From: an uncultured Myxococcota bacterium
GTDB lineage: Bacteria > Myxococcota_A > UBA796
NCBI GenBank assembly: GCA_965661985.1
Contig: CBFIFY010000003.1
Location: 29,207 to 93,206 of the forward strand
DNA length: 64,000 nucleotides
Reading direction: 5' to 3'
This document shows, piece after piece, positions 18,935-27,515 of this stretch; within the stretch, counting starts at the first letter, position 1; the number at the start of each line of letters is the position of its first letter. The notes below the pieces were generated by a model. It saw only the letters and a program-made list of their open reading frames with translations, was not told where the DNA came from and made no database searches. A program made the translations under genes and the position numbers.

Positions 18935-19881
18935 GGAGAGTCTCCCCAGTCCAGCAGTGGTGAAATGTCCACACAGACTTGACCAATGACGTCTCCGTTG
19001 AAAGATGCCACACCACAACCATCGCACTCACCGGTCAATTGCCAATCCGACGACACGTCAAATTCAATATCCACCCAGCGTCCGTGCGCATCGCGTACTG
19101 CCAAAGTTCCGGAGGGTTCTGCTGGACATGGATACCCAATTTGGCTGGCATAGGTCACCGTGTCTCCAAACTCGATGGCGGTCACTGACCCTGACCCCGA
19201 CCCCGACTCTAACCCTGACCCTGACCATGCCATCCGACCACTGACCAGAAAGGCGTTGATGGGTAACACCTCCGAAAAAGAAGCCCCATACATCATCAGC
19301 GTGTGTGACTGCCCCTCTTGAAGCCATGGTTCTACAGCACCATCATCCATAAATGAACCTGTTACGCTCGAAAAGAACACTGGATATCCATCGACTGAAA
19401 TTCCGTCGGCCAAATAGGCTGAACCACCCCAGTGAATGAGTCTGCCGTCCCCATCGATCATTTGGGTAGAACCAGAGAGCAACTCAACGTTCCACGCTCC
19501 TCCATCACCAAAGAAATCATATTCTTCATAGGTGTTGTAGAACAAGTATCCATCGTAAGACATTCCTGTGGTCGAAGTGCACGCCCCATACCAAAACGAG
19601 TTTCCATCAACGGTGTAGGCTTGAGGACAGTAGGAATCGGCTTGAGCCATCACCATCGAGTATTGAGACAGTATTGGCGTTGTGTGACGGGTACGAAGGG
19701 TGGAAAAAATCTCATCCAAGGCCACCTCAATGCCTGTTAAGTCCCATTCTTCAGGTTCTTGAGTCACATCATCCGGCGGAATATATTCACTGGGTTCACT
19801 GGATTCGTTCATTCGCTCAGTGTCTGGTGCAGTTCCGGTGATCACCTCCGTCCTTTGACAGGCAAACAATAACCAAAACAT
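18925..19881 (-). CDS. hypothetical lipoprotein, paralog B of an unrecognised Cys-motif family
   Basis: Lipobox MFWLLFAC. Shares internal and C-terminal Cys motifs with ORF 14760-15695. Contains a SGSGLESGSGSGS linker encoded by a hexanucleotide repeat. Confidence 0.7.
   Translation of the reverse strand: MFWLLFACQRTEVITGTAPDTERMNESSEPSEYIPPDDVTQEPEEWDLTGIEVALDEIFSTLRTRHTTPILSQYSMVMAQADSYCPQAYTVDGNSFWYGACTSTTGMSYDGYLFYNTYEEYDFFGDGGAWNVELLSGSTQMIDGDGRLIHWGGSAYLADGISVDGYPVFFSSVTGSFMDDGAVEPWLQEGQSHTLMMYGASFSEVLPINAFLVSGRMAWSGSGLESGSGSGSVTAIEFGDTVTYASQIGYPCPAEPSGTLAVRDAHGRWVDIEFDVSSDWQLTGECDGCGVASFNGDVIGQVCVDISPLLDWGDSPWE
19186..19226. repeat. imperfect hexanucleotide microsatellite (TGACCC/CGACCC) inside CDS
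   Basis: The tgaccctgaccccgaccccgactctaaccctgaccctgacc stretch encodes the (Gly-Ser)n linker SGSGLESGSGSGS on the minus strand. Confidence 0.85.
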
Positions 19882-19976
19882 ACGTCCGTCCCCACTCGTT
19901 GATATCTTAACTCACTGTATGTTCAGTATATATGAATTGGCACCGTTCGCAAACTGAGCCATGCTTTTCGATTGCT

Positions 19977-20627
19977 CTACTGTGACGTACCCACAATTTG
20001 CTTCTGTACAGAAAACGCCCCGCGCACTTGACCAAGTTGGTATCCACGCGCCAAATCATCGGGGTAATGTTGCAGCAATGCTGTCTCTGTATCGGGACTC
20101 AAGGCTTCACCATGACACGACAAGCACAGTCCTTGTACCGGTTGTGCCTTCATGAATCGATAGGTCCCGTCTACCACCTCTGCTTTAACCATGGCTGATG
20201 CATCGACGCCGGCTTCGACTTGTGCATCGAACCATTCTAAGGTTTCACGCTCCCAGTCATCTGGGGTGCCGTTCGTTGAATTGCGGGTTTTGAGACTGAC
20301 GCGTTTGACGGACCATCCGGATTCCGTAGAAATGGATTGAGCAATCTGCGGCGCTTGCTGTGAACACACTTCGATGGCTTTCACAGTTCCACCAGACTGC
20401 ATCGCCGATTTCAGTTGTGGCTTTAGGGTACCACCAAACTGCTTTACCAACGCGACGGCTTCAAGTTCGAAGGCATCCAAGTCTGGTTCTGCAACGTTTT
20501 TTTCTACGTCTATCTCTGTTGGTTCTGACTCTGTCACAACAGAAGGAGTCGACTGTTCGACTCCAACCATTGCTGTTTGTGCAGTGGGTGTCGTAGATTT
20601 GACACAGGCCAACCATATCCACAGCAT
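19977..20627 (-). CDS. DUF3365 domain haem-binding lipoprotein
   Basis: Lipobox IWLAC. Also GGTVKAIEVCSQQAPQIA, GWSVKRVSLKTRN, YRFMKAQPVQGLCLSCHG and QLGQVRGAFSV, the pattern of DUF3365 c-type haem proteins. Confidence 0.75.
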   Translation of the reverse strand: MLWIWLACVKSTTPTAQTAMVGVEQSTPSVVTESEPTEIDVEKNVAEPDLDAFELEAVALVKQFGGTLKPQLKSAMQSGGTVKAIEVCSQQAPQIAQSISTESGWSVKRVSLKTRNSTNGTPDDWERETLEWFDAQVEAGVDASAMVKAEVVDGTYRFMKAQPVQGLCLSCHGEALSPDTETALLQHYPDDLARGYQLGQVRGAFSVQKQIVGTSQ

Positions 20628-20637
20628 AGGACGCTCC

Positions 20638-21495
20638 TTATTCTCCGAGTACAGGTAAACACATCATGCGAATACCGTTGTCCATCTTTGGTGGCAGCGC
20701 GCCTGCTCGAATGTTCAATTGAACACTTTGAAAGATCAACCTTGGAAGATTCAGTTTGGCATCCCGTTCTGTACGGAATTTCAAAAACTCTTCTTTGGGC
20801 GTGTCTACTTTGAGTTGCTTGTTGCCAGTTTTGCATTCGGCAATGGTGGTTTCAAAAGCCAACTCACGACCCCCGGGCTGATAATCATGCCCGACAAAGA
20901 CACGGGTTTCGTCTGGAAGTGTGTACAATTTTTGGATGGACTCATAGAGAGTCTCTGCTGAGCCTTTTGGAAAGTCACAACGTCCAGTACCGAAATCAGG
21001 CATAAACAAGGTATCTCCAGCAAAGATGGCGTCCCCAATTTGATAGGTTGTGCAAGCAGGTGTGTGCCCAGGCGTATGAATCGCCTTAATGTTTAGTGAA
21101 CCAGACTCCAAGACGTCGTTGTCATCCATCAACACATCAAAAATCTCAGCATTGATTTCGTTGCCGTCTAGGTTCAACAGTTCAACAAATGTTTCCTGAA
21201 TGGTCGGAAGCAATGAGCCCACAACCAATCTTGCGCCCAATTTCTCTCGCAGTCGTGATGCACCTGTAATGTGATCTGCATGAATGTGGGTTTCCAAAAT
21301 GTGCTGTACCTTTAAACCCTTTTCTGAAATGAAAGTCAACAGTTCTGTGATGGAATCTTCTGTAAATTTCAAGTTCACTGAGTCAAAGTCCAAAACTGGA
21401 TCGATGATGACAGCGTCGGATGTATCTGCATCCCACACGATATAACTTAAGGTTGAAGTGGACGTATCGAAAAAGTGTTGAATATTGAGATTCAT
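20638..21495 (-). CDS. MBL-fold metallo-hydrolase, persulfide dioxygenase (ETHE1/Blh)-like
   Basis: THIHADHITG (HxHxDH), HTPGHTP, GDTLF and VFVGHDY. The second ATG (MNLNIQ) was chosen because GGAGG lies 5 nt upstream of it. Adjacent to the ArsR-rhodanese regulator. Confidence 0.75.
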   Translation of the reverse strand: MNLNIQHFFDTSTSTLSYIVWDADTSDAVIIDPVLDFDSVNLKFTEDSITELLTFISEKGLKVQHILETHIHADHITGASRLREKLGARLVVGSLLPTIQETFVELLNLDGNEINAEIFDVLMDDNDVLESGSLNIKAIHTPGHTPACTTYQIGDAIFAGDTLFMPDFGTGRCDFPKGSAETLYESIQKLYTLPDETRVFVGHDYQPGGRELAFETTIAECKTGNKQLKVDTPKEEFLKFRTERDAKLNLPRLIFQSVQLNIRAGALPPKMDNGIRMMCLPVLGE

Positions 21496-21571
21496 GATGG
21501 CCTCCAAATCTCATGGGTGATTCTGTGCATACAGAAGTGAAAAAATTAAAACAGATACAAAAGAGTGTTCC

Positions 21572-22222
21572 TTACAAAGTGCGACATAATTTTCCACCTT
21601 GAACACACCACTCTCCAACACCGTCATCATACCGGGACACGTCAAAACCTTTTGATGTCAACAGTTCTGCCGCCTCATCAGACGACACGCAATACGGTCC
21701 TCGACAGGTCACGATGACTGGCTTGCTCGAGGTAAGTTCTGTAAATCGCGTGGACAAGTCTTCCAGTGGAATGTTGATTGCACCATCCATGTGGGCATTG
21801 AGGAACTCTTCATGGGTGCGGACGTCCAACAACGTTGCTCTCTGTTCAAGCAAGACGTGTTGAACATGTTCAAAAGAAACAGAAGGAAGAGTGCGATACT
21901 GGTGAAGTACTTGTAAATCTGGATTGATGGATTCAGCCAAACTGCGCAAAGCAACAAAGACTTCCAATGTTCCTTCCGCCAAACTATAAATGATGCTGGT
22001 CCCCTGTCGTTCGGTCACAACCGTTTTACTGCGTTTCAACACTTGCAAATGTTGAGATGTACTGGCAATCGATTGCCCGATCCGTTTGGCGATATCATCG
22101 ACAGAACGTGGACGCTGAATCAAGGCATCAATGATTTCAAGCCGTCTGGCACTGGCAAAAACCTTGCCAACATCGGCAAAACCAGTATAGCGCGCATTTT
22201 TGAGTTCTCGATTGGATGTCAT
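21572..22222 (-). CDS. ArsR/SmtB-family HTH regulator fused to a rhodanese domain
   Basis: The N-terminal winged HTH reads FASARRLEIIDALIQRPRSVDDIAKRIGQSIASTSQHLQVLK. The C-terminal rhodanese domain reads LLDVRTHEEF...VIVTCRGPYCVSS with an active-site Cys loop. ATG 22222 was chosen over TTG 22231. Confidence 0.85.
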   Translation of the reverse strand: MTSNRELKNARYTGFADVGKVFASARRLEIIDALIQRPRSVDDIAKRIGQSIASTSQHLQVLKRSKTVVTERQGTSIIYSLAEGTLEVFVALRSLAESINPDLQVLHQYRTLPSVSFEHVQHVLLEQRATLLDVRTHEEFLNAHMDGAINIPLEDLSTRFTELTSSKPVIVTCRGPYCVSSDEAAELLTSKGFDVSRYDDGVGEWCVQGGKLCRTL

Positions 22223-22315
22223 ATGGATCAACCTAGTAAAGCATTCTATATATTTATTGAATAGTATCGAAATGAAGCATTGTCAACACAAACAGGCAAT
22301 TATTTTTGGTAAAAC

Positions 22316-23665
22316 CTAACTTTTCAACAGTTCTGTCAGACGCTCTTGAAGCAATGGCAATTGATCTTTCGCCACCGTACGCATGTCCAGCCACAAAGTA
22401 CCCTGTTGAATTCTTCCCATGATGGCTGGATTGCCTGTGCGCAAATCCTTCGCCAGCCGTTCCACTTGGGGATCTTGCAATACAACAGCCCACGTATCCA
22501 GTCGACGGTCCGGCAAAGCACCGCCTCCAACCAGTGAGTGACTGCGCTCAACTTTTAACGATGGATGTACAGAAGCCACTTGTTCTGCATACTTTTTACA
22601 TTCTGCATCCGTTCTCTGTAAAAACGCCCACACGGGCAATTCATTGCTTCGCCCCTCAATGTGCATTTGCAATGTTGCTTCCAAGCCAGCCAATAGCATC
22701 TTGTCCAACCTCAATGCACGGTATAAAGGGTGTCGGCGACACTGTTCAATCCACTGTCTTCGACCCACAATCAAGCCTGCTTGCACTCCACCCAGCAGTT
22801 TGTCTCCACTGGCACACACCACATCCACACCCTCTGCGATTGCCCGTTCTATAGATTCTTCTCGCTCTAGCTCTTCCTTCCACGGTACGTTGGGAGCCAT
22901 TTTCAGCAAGCCAGATCCCAAATCTTCAACCACCGGTACTTGATGTCGTTGCGCCAACTGGCAAACGTCAGAACGGGATGGTTTGCTCGTAAACCCCACC
23001 ACGCGATAGTTTGACGTGTGAACGCGCAAAATGGCACCCGTTTGCTCCGTTAACACACCTTCAATGTCTTTGAGGTGCAGTCGATTGGTACATCCAACCT
23101 CTCTCAGTATTGCCCCACCCTGTTGGATGACATCAGGCACTCGAAAACTGCCACCAATCTCGACCAATTCGCCACGTGACACCACCACTTCCTTCTTTGC
23201 TGAGATTGCCGACAGTATCAACAATACTGCGGCGGCATTGTTGTTGACCACCAAAGCGTCTTCAGCCCCGGTCATTTGACAAAGTTTGTTGCGAATACCC
23301 GCCAATCGCCCACCGCGTTTGCCATCTTCCAGCCGCAACTCCAAATCTGTATACCCAGAAATCTCCTGCATGTAATCGAACACTTCTTGAGGTAGAGGCG
23401 CGCGACCAAGGTTGGTGTGGACAACGATTCCCGTTGCGTTGATGACCGAACGATAACGCTTTTGCGACCGTTTCTGTCGTTCGTCATGCACTTGTCGATT
23501 CCACTCTTCCATTGACCAACGTGCACTCAGTTGTTGATGCTGAATCTGATTCCGTACACGGTCCAACAAAGACTCAATAATCGACTTGGCCCAATTGTGC
23601 TCTACGTCTTGCAGTGCTCGAAGTGCCAAAAGCTGGTTCACATTGGGAATATCACTGTACTTCAT
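22316..23665 (-). CDS. selA: L-seryl-tRNA(Sec) selenium transferase
   Basis: VINATGIVVHTNLGRAPL, VVSRGELVEIGGSFRVPDV, VHTSNYRVVGFT and SGDKLLGGVQAG are collinear with E. coli SelA over the whole 449 aa. Confidence 0.92.
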   Translation of the reverse strand: MKYSDIPNVNQLLALRALQDVEHNWAKSIIESLLDRVRNQIQHQQLSARWSMEEWNRQVHDERQKRSQKRYRSVINATGIVVHTNLGRAPLPQEVFDYMQEISGYTDLELRLEDGKRGGRLAGIRNKLCQMTGAEDALVVNNNAAAVLLILSAISAKKEVVVSRGELVEIGGSFRVPDVIQQGGAILREVGCTNRLHLKDIEGVLTEQTGAILRVHTSNYRVVGFTSKPSRSDVCQLAQRHQVPVVEDLGSGLLKMAPNVPWKEELEREESIERAIAEGVDVVCASGDKLLGGVQAGLIVGRRQWIEQCRRHPLYRALRLDKMLLAGLEATLQMHIEGRSNELPVWAFLQRTDAECKKYAEQVASVHPSLKVERSHSLVGGGALPDRRLDTWAVVLQDPQVERLAKDLRTGNPAIMGRIQQGTLWLDMRTVAKDQLPLLQERLTELLKS

Positions 23666-23762
23666 CTATCTTCCATGGAAAGTATACACTCTATCCATAA
23701 CACATACACCCGTCAGAAAACCCAACCTCTCTCCTCCCATCTTCCATCTCTCTTCATCTCTC

Positions 23763-24302
23763 TCAATCGTCTTCGAAATCTCGAACCTTGGCACCGAAAA
23801 ATAACTGCATCAAAGTTCCCAACACGGTCAGTCCCACAAACCACTGAAGATTTTTGGGTTGATGCATGGACCAGTTGATGCACACAGCCCCAAACATAGA
23901 CATCCAAACAGGTATCAACCGTGGAAAGAGGGGAGTAAAGAAAATCCCACCGACCACAGAGCCCACAATGATCCAATACCATTCTGTTGGAACATCAAAA
24001 TAAAATGGCAAAGCATACTGCACCATTGCACCCCCAAACAATGCACACAAAATGGCGATTGCCAATTTCTCAACCAGCAACATGGTCACCACCCCAACGA
24101 CTGAGCAGAAACCAACCCCCAGCAATTGAATGCTGTCAGACTGAGCAACCGTCAACAAAACACCAATGTAGGCACCAATCACAGCGCCTGGAGCAATGAT
24201 GGAATAACGGTACAAACGGGTTCCCGAAACCAGCAAGAGCAAACCAAACAAGCCCACACAAACGCGCTGCAACACCGGCCATTCTAATATTACCAAATCC
24301 AT
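23763..24302 (-). CDS. small multi-TM membrane protein (DUF4203/TMEM198-like?)
   Basis: Five or six hydrophobic helices and an acidic C-terminus, DFEDD. ATG 24302 was chosen over GTG 24332. The family call is tentative. Confidence 0.55.
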   Translation of the reverse strand: MDLVILEWPVLQRVCVGLFGLLLLVSGTRLYRYSIIAPGAVIGAYIGVLLTVAQSDSIQLLGVGFCSVVGVVTMLLVEKLAIAILCALFGGAMVQYALPFYFDVPTEWYWIIVGSVVGGIFFTPLFPRLIPVWMSMFGAVCINWSMHQPKNLQWFVGLTVLGTLMQLFFGAKVRDFEDD

Positions 24303-24399
24303 CTTCTTTAAATATCGCGTCGCGCTTACCACGTCACGGTCAAGAACTGTCTACATTCGCAATCAAATTGACTATGATGTATGGGCATAAGGAGAACCC

Positions 24400-25284
24400 A
24401 TGATACCATTTCTTGTACTCTTGGCCTGCACAGAGAACACAACCGATACCTTTGCCAACATGGCCACAGAAGACAACGCCGACACAAACAGTGAAAACAG
24501 CGATGACACTGAATCTGGAGAGGAGATACCTGAACTCAATGCAACCCAGCAGTTTCGAGTGCCACAGAGACCTTGGGATCTGGCTGAAGGTCCAGATGGA
24601 ACCATCTATTGCTCTGCACAAGGGGGGAACAAAGTCTACTTGTGGAACCCTGTTTTGGAAGAGCGAAGCGAGTATCCCCACAGCGTACCCGATGTACAAA
24701 ACCTCTATGTTGACGATGACAGCACCTTGTACTTTACCCGTACTGAATATGGCGTCACCGGCAATCTTTCTCGAATGAACGGCTCTTTGAACGAATCTCG
24801 GGCAGAAGTCTTGTACAGTCAAGCAGACGATGGATTTATCATGCGCTGGCCAATGGACTTTGTGCGTCTGCCCAACGATGATGGCTGGGTGATCGCCGAC
24901 TTTGGATCAGGAGTACTCTTTGTCGTTCATGAACAAGTTGATCAGGCTGAGCAAAGTATTGTCACCACTCGCTCTGCAGGCTCCGCCAAACCTCAAGGTC
25001 TGTTGTTTGTAGACGACGTGCTCTATGTCTCTGGCGAAGACGGCATATACAGCATTGAATGGCCAAATGGAGAACCGGAACTGATCGATGAACGCGTTGG
25101 TTTGGCGTTGCTCAATGTGGATGGATCTCTTTGGTCCTCCAATGCTAATTTGGGTGTTTTTGAAGTTGCTGAAGATTCCGTTGGCCTCAATCAAGCGGCG
25201 AGACCAGGAAGTCTCCTTCAAACTTCAGATGGGATTTATTTTGCCGATCATGTAGGTGAAGGGGTATGGTTATACCAGCCATAA
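24400..25284 (+). CDS. hypothetical lipoprotein with beta-propeller-like repeats
   Basis: Lipobox LVLLAC and an acidic linker. Five or six repeats of the type DG.iY......g.v (GPDGTIYCSAQ, DDSTLYFTRT, DDGWVIADF, VDDVLYVSGEDGIYSI, TSDGIYFADH), as in NHL/SMP-30-type blades. Confidence 0.6.
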   Translation: MIPFLVLLACTENTTDTFANMATEDNADTNSENSDDTESGEEIPELNATQQFRVPQRPWDLAEGPDGTIYCSAQGGNKVYLWNPVLEERSEYPHSVPDVQNLYVDDDSTLYFTRTEYGVTGNLSRMNGSLNESRAEVLYSQADDGFIMRWPMDFVRLPNDDGWVIADFGSGVLFVVHEQVDQAEQSIVTTRSAGSAKPQGLLFVDDVLYVSGEDGIYSIEWPNGEPELIDERVGLALLNVDGSLWSSNANLGVFEVAEDSVGLNQAARPGSLLQTSDGIYFADHVGEGVWLYQP

Positions 25285-25309
25285 TGGTCGTTTGTAACAT
25301 GGAGACTGC

Positions 25310-25807
25310 GTGACCTTTAGCATTGTTCATATCTGTGTGGCCTTTATTGTGGGCTATGTATTTGGCGCTTTGGGCATGTGGTTGGTCCAACGACTTCGAT
25401 CGTCCACGACGCGCCAAGACAATGAGGTGCCGTTGCCAACAGTGGACCCAACAGAGCAAACATACTTGGGATTGATAGACGATGATCGCACCCGCATCCA
25501 AACGCGCCCCAACCTTGCTATCGACAAAGCCCCCACATTGAATCAGCCTTTGGACTCCGCTGAACTCTCAATTGAACGGGTTGAAGCGTTGTCGGCGCCG
25601 TTGACAAGCACTGGTAGTCAGCCTTTCGAAGAAATTGAAGATAGTGAAGATACTGAGGACTTGGATTTGAGTGAATTTGGGGAGCGTCCCATAGAAACGG
25701 CAGAGTTGCTCGCGGATCTCACCGATGATGTTGACGTTGAAGACATACTGGACAACGACGACACTTTGCCCTTTGTTCGCCCCAAATGGAAGCGCCCCCC
25801 AAACTGA
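25310..25807 (+). CDS. hypothetical single-TM protein with acidic low-complexity tail
   Basis: GTG start 25 nt after the previous gene. N-terminal TM segment HICVAFIVGYVFGALGMWLV. The rest is Asp/Glu-rich. Confidence 0.5.
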   Translation: MTFSIVHICVAFIVGYVFGALGMWLVQRLRSSTTRQDNEVPLPTVDPTEQTYLGLIDDDRTRIQTRPNLAIDKAPTLNQPLDSAELSIERVEALSAPLTSTGSQPFEEIEDSEDTEDLDLSEFGERPIETAELLADLTDDVDVEDILDNDDTLPFVRPKWKRPPN

Positions 25808-25858
25808 GATATATGTTTTGGAACAGTACTCTGTTTGACTGGTTGACTGGAGAACCAC

Positions 25859-26749
25859 ATGAATCCTTCTTTTGGACACACCCTTCTAGACGCATCCACT
25901 TTCACACTGTCGGGAGACGACACCAAACGCTGGTGCAACGGCATGTTCAGCAACAATTTTCGTTCTATGCGGCCCAATCAACACCACCGCTCTGCCATTT
26001 GTGACGATCGGGGACGGGTTCAAGGCTTTCTGGACGCCATTTGTGTGTCCGACACAGAATTTCTCTGTACCTTGGATGGAAACTCGATCGAGGATTTCAA
26101 CGGTCGGTTCAAGATGTACATGATGCTCGATGAGATTGAACTCGAAGAGCATGGCGCTCAAATCTTACACCTATTCGGAGAGGAACTGGATTCTGTCTTT
26201 GAAGAACTGTCTCTGCCCATTCCTGAGCCAGCACAGGCCATCTTACACGGCAGTGTCTGGATTCGACACCGTTCTAGATTGAGAGGTACTACTGGGATTG
26301 ATATCATCTCAGCGTCCGATGATACCGCTGATTGGAAATCCATTGTAGACAGGCTGAACAACCGTACACCATCTACAACACAAGCACAATTTGAAGACTT
26401 CCGAATTCAGACTGGAACCCCAAGATACCCCCAAGATTTCACCGACAAGTCTTTCATTCACGACTACGATTTACAAGACGATGTTTGTTCTTTCAACAAG
26501 GGATGCTACATCGGTCAGGAAATCATCAACCGAATGGACATCAAGAAACTCGCCACCAAGAAATTGATGCGCGTCCGACTCTCTGGAAGTTGGACTGTGG
26601 GAGATGACCTATTGCTCGAAGACAAAAAATCTGGCACTTTGACATCCATCGCATCCGATGGAACAATTGGACTGGCTCTGCTTCGAAAGACTGCTTGGGA
26701 ACAAGGCACGAGCTTGCACAATGGGGACAACACAGCCATCGTCGGTTGA
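25859..26749 (+). CDS. ygfZ: YgfZ/GcvT-like folate-binding protein
   Basis: FNKGCYIGQEIINRM is the K-G-C-Y-x-G-Q-E motif diagnostic of YgfZ. ~296 aa with GcvT-like N-terminal blocks. Confidence 0.8.
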   Translation: MNPSFGHTLLDASTFTLSGDDTKRWCNGMFSNNFRSMRPNQHHRSAICDDRGRVQGFLDAICVSDTEFLCTLDGNSIEDFNGRFKMYMMLDEIELEEHGAQILHLFGEELDSVFEELSLPIPEPAQAILHGSVWIRHRSRLRGTTGIDIISASDDTADWKSIVDRLNNRTPSTTQAQFEDFRIQTGTPRYPQDFTDKSFIHDYDLQDDVCSFNKGCYIGQEIINRMDIKKLATKKLMRVRLSGSWTVGDDLLLEDKKSGTLTSIASDGTIGLALLRKTAWEQGTSLHNGDNTAIVG

Positions 26750-26756
26750 CAATCCC

Positions 26757-27407
26757 TTACAGCCTGAGGATTTTCCAGCCCCGCTGTGTGGCTTCACGGT
26801 CCAGTCTTGGGTCTGGTGATACGACAATGGGATGCTTTACCGCTTCCAAGACCGGTAAGTCACTGTAGGAGTCCGTGTAGAAGTAGCCTTGTGTCCAATC
26901 CATACCAAGTTCTGTACCGAGTTTCTGTGCATGGCGCATTTTATCTGCACCAAAGCAGAGTGGCTCGAGCATGCGTCCTGTCAAAATACCGTCTCGAGAC
27001 TCCATACGGTTGGACAACACATATGGAATATTCAGTTCTGCCGCCACCAAATCCGACAGATAGTTTGATGATGCTGTCAGTAATGCCAGTATGTGCCCTT
27101 GTTCTCGATGTTGTTCAATAATTTCAACCATCTCGGAGCGGATTTCTTGGCGGATGCTCTCTTCCCAAAAATCTTCAGTGCGCTTCATCAAATCACACTC
27201 TCGATCATTGGTGACCCAGCTTGCCGCCGACCGCAAAAAAGCTGTGACATCAGCTTTACCCCAATGATACAGCGTCAGCCATCCGATGGTTTGGACCAGC
27301 TGCCAAGTAGAGATGTGTCCTAGTTTCCACTCTCTGGAAATCCACAACTTGGCAGAATTACAAGCAATCACGGTTTTGTCCAAATCCAGCAGTACCAAAG
27401 TACTCAT
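26757..27407 (-). CDS. HAD-IB family hydrolase (SerB-like phosphatase)
   Basis: LVLLDLDKTVI is the DxDxT motif, followed by LLTASSN and C-terminal YTDSYSDLPVLE. ATG 27407 was chosen because GGAGA lies 5 nt upstream. Confidence 0.8.
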   Translation of the reverse strand: MSTLVLLDLDKTVIACNSAKLWISREWKLGHISTWQLVQTIGWLTLYHWGKADVTAFLRSAASWVTNDRECDLMKRTEDFWEESIRQEIRSEMVEIIEQHREQGHILALLTASSNYLSDLVAAELNIPYVLSNRMESRDGILTGRMLEPLCFGADKMRHAQKLGTELGMDWTQGYFYTDSYSDLPVLEAVKHPIVVSPDPRLDREATQRGWKILRL

Positions 27408-27515
27408 CACATTCTCCATCAAACTCTATTTGAGTTAACGCATAAAAAAGCATTGGACATCCATAATCGGTGATACACTCAACACAGTTTATAAATCTAT
27501 ATTTTGGAGGTTGAT

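Noticed and set aside
18935-19027. Longer start for the DUF1549/1588-like gene (MRWLWCGIFQRRRHW...).
   Set aside because: It would overlap the upstream paralog-B gene by ~100 nt. ATG 18934 yields a proper lipoprotein signal ending in LWIGC.
19005-19244. ORF encoding LTLTPTPTLTLTLT, a possible repeat peptide.
   Set aside because: It is an alternative-frame reading of the hexanucleotide microsatellite inside the paralog-B gene.
24340-24822. 160-aa minus-strand ORF competing with the plus-strand lipoprotein gene.
   Set aside because: The plus-strand ORF 24400-25284 is longer, and it has a lipobox signal and repeated propeller-like blades. The minus-strand ORF has no features.
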